Source of the DNA: Flavobacteriales bacterium
GTDB lineage: Bacteria > Bacteroidota > Bacteroidia > Flavobacteriales_F > PHOS-HE28
DNA: 64,000 bases
NCBI GenBank assembly: GCA_044346705.1
Contig: JBIIYP010000013.1
Coordinates: 16,605-80,604 of the forward strand
Direction: 5' to 3'
The first letter of the stretch is position 1. Each line of letters opens with the position of its first letter. The notes under the pieces are model-generated. The model had not been told where the DNA came from. It made no database searches and worked only from the letters and a program-made list of their open reading frames with translations. Position numbers and translations under genes: made by a program. Shown piece after piece: positions 29,156 through 37,475 of this stretch.

Positions 29156-31717
29156 ATGAACTCGATCTCCCTCCCTTCATTCGCGGTCTCCGCCATGCTT
29201 CTTGCGGGCCTTCCGGTGGCAGCGCAGTTGGACTCCACGGTGACCACCGCCCCGGACACATCGGACGCCACCGCCCAAGGGCGCCTGCTGTTGACGACAG
29301 TGACCGCGGACGACCTGGAATCCGAGCTTGGGTCACAGGATATCAGCGGCATTCTCCAAAGCTCGCGTGATGTGTTCACCAGCACGGCGAGCTTCAATTT
29401 CGGTGCGGCACGTTTCCGGATCCGCGGCCTTGACCCGGAGAACACGTTGATGAGCATCAATGGTGTGCTGGTGAACGACCTGGAGACCGGTTGGGTATCG
29501 TGGACCAACTGGGCCGGCCTGAACGATGTGACCCGTTGGATGACGGTTCGCAGCGGCATCAGCTCATCGCGCTTGAACTTCGCGGGGATCGGTGGTTTCG
29601 TTGAGTTGAGCCTGAGGGCCAGTGAGCTCCGTAAGGGCACACGCGTGAGCTACGCGAACAGCAACCGCATCTACAGCAACCGGGTCATGGCCACCTACAA
29701 TACCGGCCTGATGGCGAACGGTTGGGCCTTCACCGCGAGCGCCTCCAGCCGTTGGTCCGACGAAGGCTATGTGGACGGCACCTACATGCGGGCCTTCGCC
29801 TACCTCTTCGGTGCGGAGAAGAAGCTCAACGACCGGCACAGCCTGGGCTTCACGGCCTTCGGTGCGCCCATTGAACAGGGGCGCCAGACGCTCGGCCTGC
29901 AGGAGAGCTACGACCTCACCGGCAACAACTTCTACAACCCCGCGTGGGGCTATCAGAACGGCGAAAAGAGGAACTCCCGTGTGAGCTACGACCACAAGCC
30001 CACCTTCCTGTTCACGCACTACTACACGCCCACCGCGAGCACCAAGCTCACCTCCACCCTCTTCTACTCCTTCGGGCGCGACGGAATGACGAACCTGAAC
30101 TGGTACGACGCCCCCGACCCGCGCCCCGACTACTACCGCAAGCTGCCCAGCTACTACACCCCGGGGCTATCCACCAACACCCAGAACGACCCCGACTACG
30201 CGGCCCAGCTCACACAGCTCTGGCAGCAGGACCCGAACACCCAGCAGATCAACTGGGACCAGCTCTACTTCGCCAACGGGAAGAACCTGTACTCGCTGCA
30301 GAATGCCGAGGGGATCGCCGGGAACACCGTCACCGGGAACCGCAGCAAATACATCCTCGAGGAGCACCGCACCGACCCCACACGCATCGGCATCAACAGC
30401 GTGTACAATAAGGAGATCGACAGCAAGCGGCACTATACCATCGGGGGCAGCTACAACAAGCAGGTCTCGCACAACTTCAAGGTGATGAAGGACCTGCTGG
30501 GCGGCGATTTCTACGTGGACATCGACCAGTTCGCGGACCGCGACTTCAACAACGACACCATCTCGCAGAACAACCTGGAGAACGTGAACAACGCGGTCTA
30601 TACAGGTGATGAGTTCGGCTACAACCACGACATCCACGTGCGCTTGCTGAACGTGTTCGGCCAATACGAGATCAAAGGCGAGCGCATGGAGGCCTACGCC
30701 AGCGGCTCCTTCTCCATGACCGACTTCTGGCGCGACGGACAGTACGTCAATGGCCGCTTTCCGGAGAATTCGTTCGGCAAGGGCGAGGTGCACAACTTCG
30801 TCAACTTCGGCCTGAAGGGCGGGGTGGTCTACAAGCTCACCGGCCGCCATTTCATCACGGCGAACGCGGCCTACATGACCCGCCCACCGTCGACACGGAC
30901 CGCTTACTTGAGCCCCCGCACCCGCGATGCCGTGATCAATGGCCTCACCAACGAGGTGGCCTACAGCGCCGATCTGAGCTATGTGGTGCGCATGGCCCGC
31001 CTGCGGGGCCGTGCCACCGTGTTCCTGGCACAGATCAACGACCAGCTCTGGTCGCGAACGTTCTATCACGACGATTACCGCACGCTGGTGAACTATACGA
31101 TGACCGGTGTGGATCAGCAGCACATGGGCGCGGAGATCGGGCTGGAAGGCAACATCACCAGCACCTGGGTGGCCACTGCCGTCTTCGCCGGCGGGCGCTA
31201 CCTCTACGACTCGCGCCCCACCGCCACCATCACGCGCGACAACAGCGCGGAGGAGCTCGCCAACCGCACCGTGTATTGGGAGAACTACCGCGTGGGCGGT
31301 GTACCACAGACCGCCGCCTCGCTGGGTCTGAAGTACAACTCGCCCAAATTCTGGTTCGTGGGTGTGAACGCGAACTGGTTCGGCGACATCTACCTGGACC
31401 CGAACCCCGACCGCCGCACCGCGGAGGCGCTGCAGAACTTCACCACCGAGGACGAACAGTGGGACGCGCTGCTGGAGCAGACCGAGCTGGACCCGGGAAT
31501 GACCCTGGACCTCTATGCCGGCAAGAGCTGGATGCTCCAGCGGAAATACCGGATCGCCGTCAACCTCAGTGTCAGCAACATCCTCAACACGACCGACCTG
31601 CAGACCGGCGGTTTCGAACAGATGCGGTACGACCGCCAGGACGTGGGCAACTTCCCACCGCGCCTGAGCTACATGTTCGGCACCACCTACTTCGCCATGG
31701 TCACCTTCAGCTTCTAA
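29156..31717 (+). CDS. TonB-dependent receptor-like outer-membrane beta-barrel protein
   Basis: It has a signal peptide (MNSISLPSFAVSAMLLAGLPVAAQ), a plug-like region (...ARFRIRGLDPENTLMSINGVLVND...) and ends in aromatic ...VTFSF. Confidence 0.55.
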   Translation: MNSISLPSFAVSAMLLAGLPVAAQLDSTVTTAPDTSDATAQGRLLLTTVTADDLESELGSQDISGILQSSRDVFTSTASFNFGAARFRIRGLDPENTLMSINGVLVNDLETGWVSWTNWAGLNDVTRWMTVRSGISSSRLNFAGIGGFVELSLRASELRKGTRVSYANSNRIYSNRVMATYNTGLMANGWAFTASASSRWSDEGYVDGTYMRAFAYLFGAEKKLNDRHSLGFTAFGAPIEQGRQTLGLQESYDLTGNNFYNPAWGYQNGEKRNSRVSYDHKPTFLFTHYYTPTASTKLTSTLFYSFGRDGMTNLNWYDAPDPRPDYYRKLPSYYTPGLSTNTQNDPDYAAQLTQLWQQDPNTQQINWDQLYFANGKNLYSLQNAEGIAGNTVTGNRSKYILEEHRTDPTRIGINSVYNKEIDSKRHYTIGGSYNKQVSHNFKVMKDLLGGDFYVDIDQFADRDFNNDTISQNNLENVNNAVYTGDEFGYNHDIHVRLLNVFGQYEIKGERMEAYASGSFSMTDFWRDGQYVNGRFPENSFGKGEVHNFVNFGLKGGVVYKLTGRHFITANAAYMTRPPSTRTAYLSPRTRDAVINGLTNEVAYSADLSYVVRMARLRGRATVFLAQINDQLWSRTFYHDDYRTLVNYTMTGVDQQHMGAEIGLEGNITSTWVATAVFAGGRYLYDSRPTATITRDNSAEELANRTVYWENYRVGGVPQTAASLGLKYNSPKFWFVGVNANWFGDIYLDPNPDRRTAEALQNFTTEDEQWDALLEQTELDPGMTLDLYAGKSWMLQRKYRIAVNLSVSNILNTTDLQTGGFEQMRYDRQDVGNFPPRLSYMFGTTYFAMVTFSF

Positions 31718-31722
31718 CGCAC

Positions 31723-33015
31723 ATGCGCTTGCACCCCTCCACCCACCGCCGGAAAGCGATCCTCGGGATCGCCCTTTCCCTCGTCCTTCTCGGTGCCTGT
31801 AAGAAGGAATTCGATACGCCGCCTGAACGCACGATCCCGGTGGGAGGTGTGCTCACCATTGCGGACCTGCGTGCACTGTACACCGGCACCACGGTGCACT
31901 TCCCGGAGGACAGGAGCGTGTACGCCGTGGTGACCGCGGACGAGGAGAACGGCAACCTGTACAAGAACGTCTACGTGCAGGACGGCACCGGCGCCATATG
32001 CCTGCGGTTGTTGAGCGGCGGTGGGCTTTACCAAGGGGACAGCATCCGCATCTACCTGCCGGGCACGATCCTGAGCAGCTACAATGGGTTGTTGCAGCTG
32101 GACTCCGTGGACGTTGACAACAACGTGGTGAAGCAGGCCACCTTGGTGAACGTGGAACCCCTGCATGTGACCATCGACCAGATCACGCCGGCCATCCAAT
32201 CGATGCTCATCAGCCTGGACAGCGTGGAGTTCGTGACCAGCGAGCTGGGACAAACGTATGCGGACGCCGTTGGCCAGTCGAGCGAGAACCGCACCCTGAC
32301 CAGCTGCGGAGGCTCCCAAGTGCTTGTGCGCACCAGCGGGTATTCCAACTTCGCCGGCACCGTGATCCCCTCCGGCAACGGCAGCTTCGTGGCGATCGCC
32401 GGCCAGTTCGGCTCGGACATGCAGCTCTACATACGCAACATCAACGAGGTGAAGCTGGACAGCGCTCGCTGCACGGGCAATCCCATCGAGCCCTGTGATC
32501 CGGCCGGTCCGGTGGCGGAGGACTTCTCCACGGTGACCGATAACGTGGATATCGGGCTGCCCTGTTGGTTCAACATCTCCACCATCGGAAGCCGCCTTTG
32601 GCGTGGTAACGCCTACAACGCCGAACTCTATGCCGAGGCCACGGCCTTCGGCAGTTCCAACAGCCTCGATGAGGCCTGGCTCATCAGCCCCACCATGCAG
32701 GCCAGCGGCGCCAACACGCTCCAGTTCAAGACCCAGCGTGGCTTCGGTGCGGCCGGTCACGATCCGTTCGCCGCCTTCGTAAGCACCAACTTCAACGGGC
32801 TGAACGCGTCCTCCGCGGTATGGATCCCCATACCCTGCACGTACGCCACCCCAAGCACCCCTGACTTCACCTGGATCTCCAGCGGTTCCATCGACCTGTC
32901 CCAGGTGCTTCCGCAAGGCTACACCGGCACTTTCGCGGTGGGCTTCCGCTTCCAAGGCAGCGACCCCAACGGGCAGACCACCAACATGCGCCTGGACGAT
33001 GTCCAGCTCCAATAG
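31723..33015 (+). CDS. Lipoprotein with an N-terminal OB-like domain (DUF5689-like) and a C-terminal choice-of-anchor-J-like domain
   Basis: It has a lipobox (LLGAC) at the internal ATG 31723. It shares a ~110-aa module (..QDGTGAI.L....GDSIRI..) with the next gene. Confidence 0.45.
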   Translation: MRLHPSTHRRKAILGIALSLVLLGACKKEFDTPPERTIPVGGVLTIADLRALYTGTTVHFPEDRSVYAVVTADEENGNLYKNVYVQDGTGAICLRLLSGGGLYQGDSIRIYLPGTILSSYNGLLQLDSVDVDNNVVKQATLVNVEPLHVTIDQITPAIQSMLISLDSVEFVTSELGQTYADAVGQSSENRTLTSCGGSQVLVRTSGYSNFAGTVIPSGNGSFVAIAGQFGSDMQLYIRNINEVKLDSARCTGNPIEPCDPAGPVAEDFSTVTDNVDIGLPCWFNISTIGSRLWRGNAYNAELYAEATAFGSSNSLDEAWLISPTMQASGANTLQFKTQRGFGAAGHDPFAAFVSTNFNGLNASSAVWIPIPCTYATPSTPDFTWISSGSIDLSQVLPQGYTGTFAVGFRFQGSDPNGQTTNMRLDDVQLQ

Positions 33016-33049
33016 GACCTTTTCGAAACGACCCCAACACACCGATCCC

Positions 33050-34402
33050 ATGAGAACAGCAGTACTCCTTACGATGCTCGCGCTCGGCAGCGCACTACAG
33101 GCCCAGACGGTCTTCACCAGCGACCTGGAAAGCTGGACCGGCAACGTCCCCAATGGCTGGGTCGGCGCCAAGACCAACCTTCCGCAACAGGACATCACCC
33201 AATCGAACACCAACCCTCACGGTGGACTGCTTGCCGTGCGGTTGAACAACGACACCTCTTCGCATCGCCGCTTCACCACCGTACAGCAGACCGTGGTGGC
33301 CGGTACCGCATACACCATCAGCTTCTGGGTGCGCGGTCAAGGCGAAGTGCGCACCGGGCTGTTCGATGGTCGTCCGGGTGGCAGCTCCGGCTATTCCCCC
33401 TATAACGGTTACACCACCGTGAGCAGCAACACCTGGCAGCAGGTCACGCAGACGGTCTCCTGCACGAACGACACCGTGGGTGCCGAGTTCATCATTTCCG
33501 TGCGCAATACCATCGCCCCCGATCACCTGTTGATCGACGACGTGAACATCGAAGTGGCGGGAGCTCCCAGCCCCAGCAGTATCTATTCCGTCCAATTCAC
33601 CGCTGACCCGAACGGCGCCTCGCCAGTAGCCAACCAAGGCGTGATCACGGGAGGCCGGGTCACCGGTGTGGTGCCATCCGGCACGGCGAAGGGCTACTAC
33701 CTGCAGGCCGGCACCGGTGGATGGAGCGGCATCTACGTGCTCGACCCCACGAACACCGTGAACCGCGGAGACAGCGTGACGCTTGGCGCGACCGTGGAGG
33801 AGAGCTTCGGATACACCCGCCTCACCAACGTGACCAACTTCACCATCGTGAGCACTGGCAACCCCGATCCGGCGATCACCGATGTAACAACGGCCCAGGC
33901 CAACACCGAACCGTACGAAGGGGTGCTCAGCAAGGTGACCAACGTTCCTTGCGTGGTGGCTCCCAACAACTTCGGGGAATGGAAGCTGTTCAACGGCGAT
34001 TCGCTCATGGTGGACGACCAGATGTACGCTTACCCGGCCATGGTCGGCACCAGCTACAGCGTGACGGGTTGCATGTTCTACTCCTTCGGAAAATACAAGA
34101 TCGAGCCGCGTGACCTGAACGATGTGGAAGTGGCCAACAGCATCGCCGATAACGCCTATTTCGCCAATGTCACCGTAGGTCCAGTGCCTGCGAACGAGGT
34201 GCTGTACATCTCCGTTGGCGAGCTCGCCAGCGACCGCGTGGAGTACATGCTCACCGACCTGCAGGGCCGTTCGATCGCCAACGGAACCTTCACCAGCGAC
34301 CGCAACATCATCAACGTGTCCGGCTTGAACACCGGCAGCTATGTGCTCACCCTCCGGACCACGGAGGCCACGCGCAGCACGATCGTGATGGTGCAGCGCT
34401 GA
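33050..34402 (+). CDS. Secreted protein with a T9SS type A C-terminal sorting domain
   Basis: It has a signal peptide (MRTAVLLTMLALGSALQAQ). The C-terminus ...YMLTDLQGRSIANGTFTSDRNIINVSGLNTGSYVLTLRTTEATRSTIVMVQR matches the Por-secretion C-terminal domain pattern. Confidence 0.65.
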   Translation: MRTAVLLTMLALGSALQAQTVFTSDLESWTGNVPNGWVGAKTNLPQQDITQSNTNPHGGLLAVRLNNDTSSHRRFTTVQQTVVAGTAYTISFWVRGQGEVRTGLFDGRPGGSSGYSPYNGYTTVSSNTWQQVTQTVSCTNDTVGAEFIISVRNTIAPDHLLIDDVNIEVAGAPSPSSIYSVQFTADPNGASPVANQGVITGGRVTGVVPSGTAKGYYLQAGTGGWSGIYVLDPTNTVNRGDSVTLGATVEESFGYTRLTNVTNFTIVSTGNPDPAITDVTTAQANTEPYEGVLSKVTNVPCVVAPNNFGEWKLFNGDSLMVDDQMYAYPAMVGTSYSVTGCMFYSFGKYKIEPRDLNDVEVANSIADNAYFANVTVGPVPANEVLYISVGELASDRVEYMLTDLQGRSIANGTFTSDRNIINVSGLNTGSYVLTLRTTEATRSTIVMVQR

Positions 34403-34555
34403 TCGACCTCGTAGCTGAACTTAGCGGGGCGTCCAGAGGGCGCCCCGCTCGCATTTCAGCCGGTCAGCACCACCGATACAGCCGACCTTTCCAGTGCCAT
34501 CGGCTTCGCTCCGTATCCATCCGTGTTCAACCACTGTCGAAGATGCACGGCGACC

Positions 34556-34605
34556 TTCACTTCCCGCGCACCAGTATCACGAACACTGGCCAGTGATGCC
34601 CGCAA
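34556..34605. repeat. Diverged (~87%) copy of the last ~45 bp of the endonuclease/exonuclease/phosphatase gene; partner at 34690..34740
   Basis: tcacttcccgcgcaccagtatcacgaacactggccagtgatg compared with tcacttctcgcgcaccaggatcacgaacacgggaaagtgatc. Confidence 0.6.
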
Positions 34606-34689
34606 CAGGACACGGCATGCTATCCGTGTTCGTCCGTGTCCACCTGCGTGCCGGCAGGCAGGTCCTTGGTTGAACGCACCTGGTATCGC

Positions 34690-35733
34690 TCACTTCTCGC
34701 GCACCAGGATCACGAACACGGGAAAGTGATCGCTCCAGCCATCGGTGTACTGATCCCCCACGAAGGTCCGGTGGGGATAGCCTTGGAAGTTGCCGTCCGT
34801 CTGTTTCAGGAAGGGCTCGTTGAACACGCGGGTGCCGTAGTAGCGGTAGTACCCGCCTGCGCCGCTCACCATGTTGGGGCTCAGGATGATCTGGTCGAAC
34901 AGGTTCCAGCTGTCCCTCCACGCCAGCGAACCGATGCCCTTGTTGTACAGCTCGAACATGGGGTTGTAGAGCAGGGGCCCCACGGCCTTGTTCTTGTCGC
35001 CTGTGCTCTTCAGGGCTCTTTTCACGCTCTCATCCACGGGGTCGTCATTGAGGTCGCCCATGTAGGCGATACGGCCTTGCGGATGCACTGTCGCAAGTGA
35101 ATCAACGATGTGGCGGCCCAAGGAGGCGGCCAGCACGCGCAAGGGTTTCGAACGGGCCTCGCCACCGCGCCGTGAAGGCCAGTGCGCGACGATCACGGAG
35201 AGCGTATCACCGTCGGCCAGGCCGGTCACCACCAGTTGGTCGCGGGTGCGCCAGGCGGTATCGGCGGGGTTGCTCAAGCGGTAGGCGCGCTCATGCAGCA
35301 CGGTGAAGCGCGCGGGATCATAGAGCATGGCCACGTCCACGCCCCGCCGGTCGGGCGAATCGTGGTGCACGATGCCATAGTGCTTGTTCGCGATGGCCTT
35401 GGCCTTCACCAGGTCCTCCAGCACACCGCGGTTCTCCACTTCGGCAAGCCCGATCACCGCGAGGCCGTTCAGGTCCTTGCCCATGGCACCGATCACCTCC
35501 CCCATCTTGTCCACCTTTCGTCCGTAACGCATAGTGCCCCATTGCTTCGCGGCGCCCGGCAGGAATTCCGCATCATCGGTATCCGGCGAATCGATGGTGT
35601 CGTAGAGGTTCTCGATGTTGTAGAACCCGATGCAATACGGCACCAATTCCTGCTTCGCCTTGCCATCGGCCTGTGCGTGCAACGAATAGGAACCAAGCAA
35701 TGCGACGGAGAGAAGAAGACCGTAACGGATCAT
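34690..35733 (-). CDS. Endonuclease/exonuclease/phosphatase (EEP) family secreted protein
   Basis: A signal peptide follows the internal ATG (MIRYGLLLSVALLGS). The EEP N-terminal motif is YCIGFYNIENLYD and the C-terminus is ...GWSDHFPVFVILV. Confidence 0.7.
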   Translation of the reverse strand: MIRYGLLLSVALLGSYSLHAQADGKAKQELVPYCIGFYNIENLYDTIDSPDTDDAEFLPGAAKQWGTMRYGRKVDKMGEVIGAMGKDLNGLAVIGLAEVENRGVLEDLVKAKAIANKHYGIVHHDSPDRRGVDVAMLYDPARFTVLHERAYRLSNPADTAWRTRDQLVVTGLADGDTLSVIVAHWPSRRGGEARSKPLRVLAASLGRHIVDSLATVHPQGRIAYMGDLNDDPVDESVKRALKSTGDKNKAVGPLLYNPMFELYNKGIGSLAWRDSWNLFDQIILSPNMVSGAGGYYRYYGTRVFNEPFLKQTDGNFQGYPHRTFVGDQYTDGWSDHFPVFVILVREK

Positions 35734-35792
35734 GAGGGCGCGAATGGCGGGCAAGATAGCCGATCGCTCAAGGGGCAAAGCCCATGCCTTCC

Positions 35793-35942
35793 GGCTCCCC
35801 CTCCTCCCCTCGCTGATGGCGAGGGGGATGATAGGATGCATGGGCTTCGCCAAGTTCGCCAACGAGATCTGCGGATCGCTTCTATTCATCCCCCGCGCCC
35901 CGGCCGTAGGACGGGAAACAGCGAGGGGGCGGAGGGGGAGCC
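35793..35942. mobile_element. MITE-like or structured element: 22-bp terminal inverted repeats (ggctccccctcctcccctcgct / agcgagggggcggagggggagcc) flanking ~105 bp with a nested second inverted repeat
   Basis: Read directly in the intergenic region between 35733 and 35971. Confidence 0.45.
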
Positions 35943-35970
35943 AGCCTGCGATCCGCCCTCATCCCCGCTC

Positions 35971-36606
35971 TCACGGCCGCGTTGCCGGGAAGTACAGCGG
36001 ATGCAGCTCGTTGTAGCGCCGCATGTACTGGAAGATGACCTCCTCCTTCCGCTTCTTCACCGGGATCTCGCTCCATTGTGCGTAGAGCACCTCATCACGC
36101 TTCAGCAGTTGCTCCATGGTGGCTGCGGTGATCGGCAGGAACGTACCCGTCTCCATATCAAGAATGCGCTGCTCCTGAACGGTGCGGGTCACCGGGCCGC
36201 CCATCATGTAGCCGTAGTTGTTCCAATCCTGGTAGCTGCTCTCGTACAGCACATGGCACAAGGTGCCCATCATGCCGATGCGGTAGAACCCATCCCCCAC
36301 GTGCAGGTGGATCGCGTTGTTGCTGCACAGGCCCCACACCGCGTCCAGATCCACCCGCACCCGTGCGCCCGTGCTGTCCAGGTGGTAGAGCTTGTCGCCC
36401 CGGAGCAGGTCCTGAACGGGCGTGCCCTGTGCATCGGTCAGCGCCTTCAGCGGCAGGTCGGGCGCATTGTCGCGAAAGGCCTCGAAGCGCAGGTAGATCC
36501 CCTCGGCGAAGTCGAAGCCACCTCGGTAGCGCACCAGGCCCGTGTCCACTTGCGCGACCAGCGAGGACGCGAGGCCCAATGAAGCGATGGCAGCGAAGCA
36601 CCTCAT
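35971..36606 (-). CDS. Hypothetical secreted protein (211 aa)
   Basis: The signal peptide is MRCFAAIASLGLASSLVAQ. Its ATG overlaps the stop of the upstream hydrolase (ATGA). The longer 494-aa ORF is an artefact. Confidence 0.5.
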   Translation of the reverse strand: MRCFAAIASLGLASSLVAQVDTGLVRYRGGFDFAEGIYLRFEAFRDNAPDLPLKALTDAQGTPVQDLLRGDKLYHLDSTGARVRVDLDAVWGLCSNNAIHLHVGDGFYRIGMMGTLCHVLYESSYQDWNNYGYMMGGPVTRTVQEQRILDMETGTFLPITAATMEQLLKRDEVLYAQWSEIPVKKRKEEVIFQYMRRYNELHPLYFPATRP

Positions 36607-37376
36607 GACACGGAGCGGATCAGCTGCACCACTTCGTCCGGTGCCTGGGCATGCACCCAATGGCCCGCGAAGTCGATGGTCTCCACGCGGCACTTGGGGA
36701 ACTGCTCCTTGATCTGCGGCAGGTCCTCCCGCGTGATGTAATCGCTCTGGCCACCGCGGATGAAGAGCGTCGGCGTGCGCACCGTCTCCGGACCGATGGG
36801 CGCCAGGATGTCCTTCAGGTCCCGCGCGATCACCGGCACGTTGAAACGCCAGGCGAGCTGCTCCGGCGTTCCCCAGTATAGGCTCTTCATCAGGAACTGC
36901 ACCACCCCGGGCTCGGGAATGAAACGCGCCAGGTGCTCCTCCACCTCCTGCCGCGTGTGCTTGGTGGCGAGGTCGATGTCCTGCAACGCGGCCAGGATGT
37001 GGTCGTGGTTGCGCGTGGTGTACTCGCGCGGACCGATGTCGATCACCACCAGCTGTTTCAGCAGGCCGGGGTAGAGCTGCGCGACGCGCATCGCCGTCTT
37101 GCCGCCCATGCTGTGGCCCACGAGCACCACATCGCGCAGACCTTCCTTCGCCAGCAGCTCGAACACATCCTCCGCCATCAGCGGGTAGGTGATCCGATCG
37201 GTGTGCGGGCTTCGACCGTGGTCGCGCTGGTCCACCAGCATCACCTCGTGGTCCGTGGCCAGTTCCTTGGCGATGGAGCCCAGGTTGTCGCTGCTGCCGA
37301 AGAGGCCGTGCAGGATCACGATGGGCTGACCTGTGCCCATGCGGCGGTGGAAGAGGGGGACGTGCGTGGAGGACAT
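36603..37376 (-). CDS. Alpha/beta hydrolase
   Basis: HGLFGSS near the N-terminus, the nucleophile elbow GHSMGG, and a C-terminal His. Confidence 0.75.
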   Translation of the reverse strand: MSSTHVPLFHRRMGTGQPIVILHGLFGSSDNLGSIAKELATDHEVMLVDQRDHGRSPHTDRITYPLMAEDVFELLAKEGLRDVVLVGHSMGGKTAMRVAQLYPGLLKQLVVIDIGPREYTTRNHDHILAALQDIDLATKHTRQEVEEHLARFIPEPGVVQFLMKSLYWGTPEQLAWRFNVPVIARDLKDILAPIGPETVRTPTLFIRGGQSDYITREDLPQIKEQFPKCRVETIDFAGHWVHAQAPDEVVQLIRSVS

Positions 37377-37475
37377 GGTGCGGCTTCAAAGGTATCGCGG
37401 GGTCACGCACCATCCCCTCAGGTGCCACGTCAGCACTGTTAGTAATGGGATGCACGCATTGCTCGATCGACCACT

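Noticed and set aside
31276-31722. N-terminal extension of the lipoprotein ORF overlapping the TonB-receptor-like gene
   Set aside because: The extension is antisense or alternative-frame junk. The lipobox follows the internal ATG at 31723.
35971-37455. 494-aa ORF fusing the region of two genes
   Set aside because: The N-terminal 280 aa are Arg/Pro/Gly low-complexity and overlap a bona fide alpha/beta hydrolase in another frame. The true gene starts at the internal ATG 36606, which overlaps the hydrolase stop.
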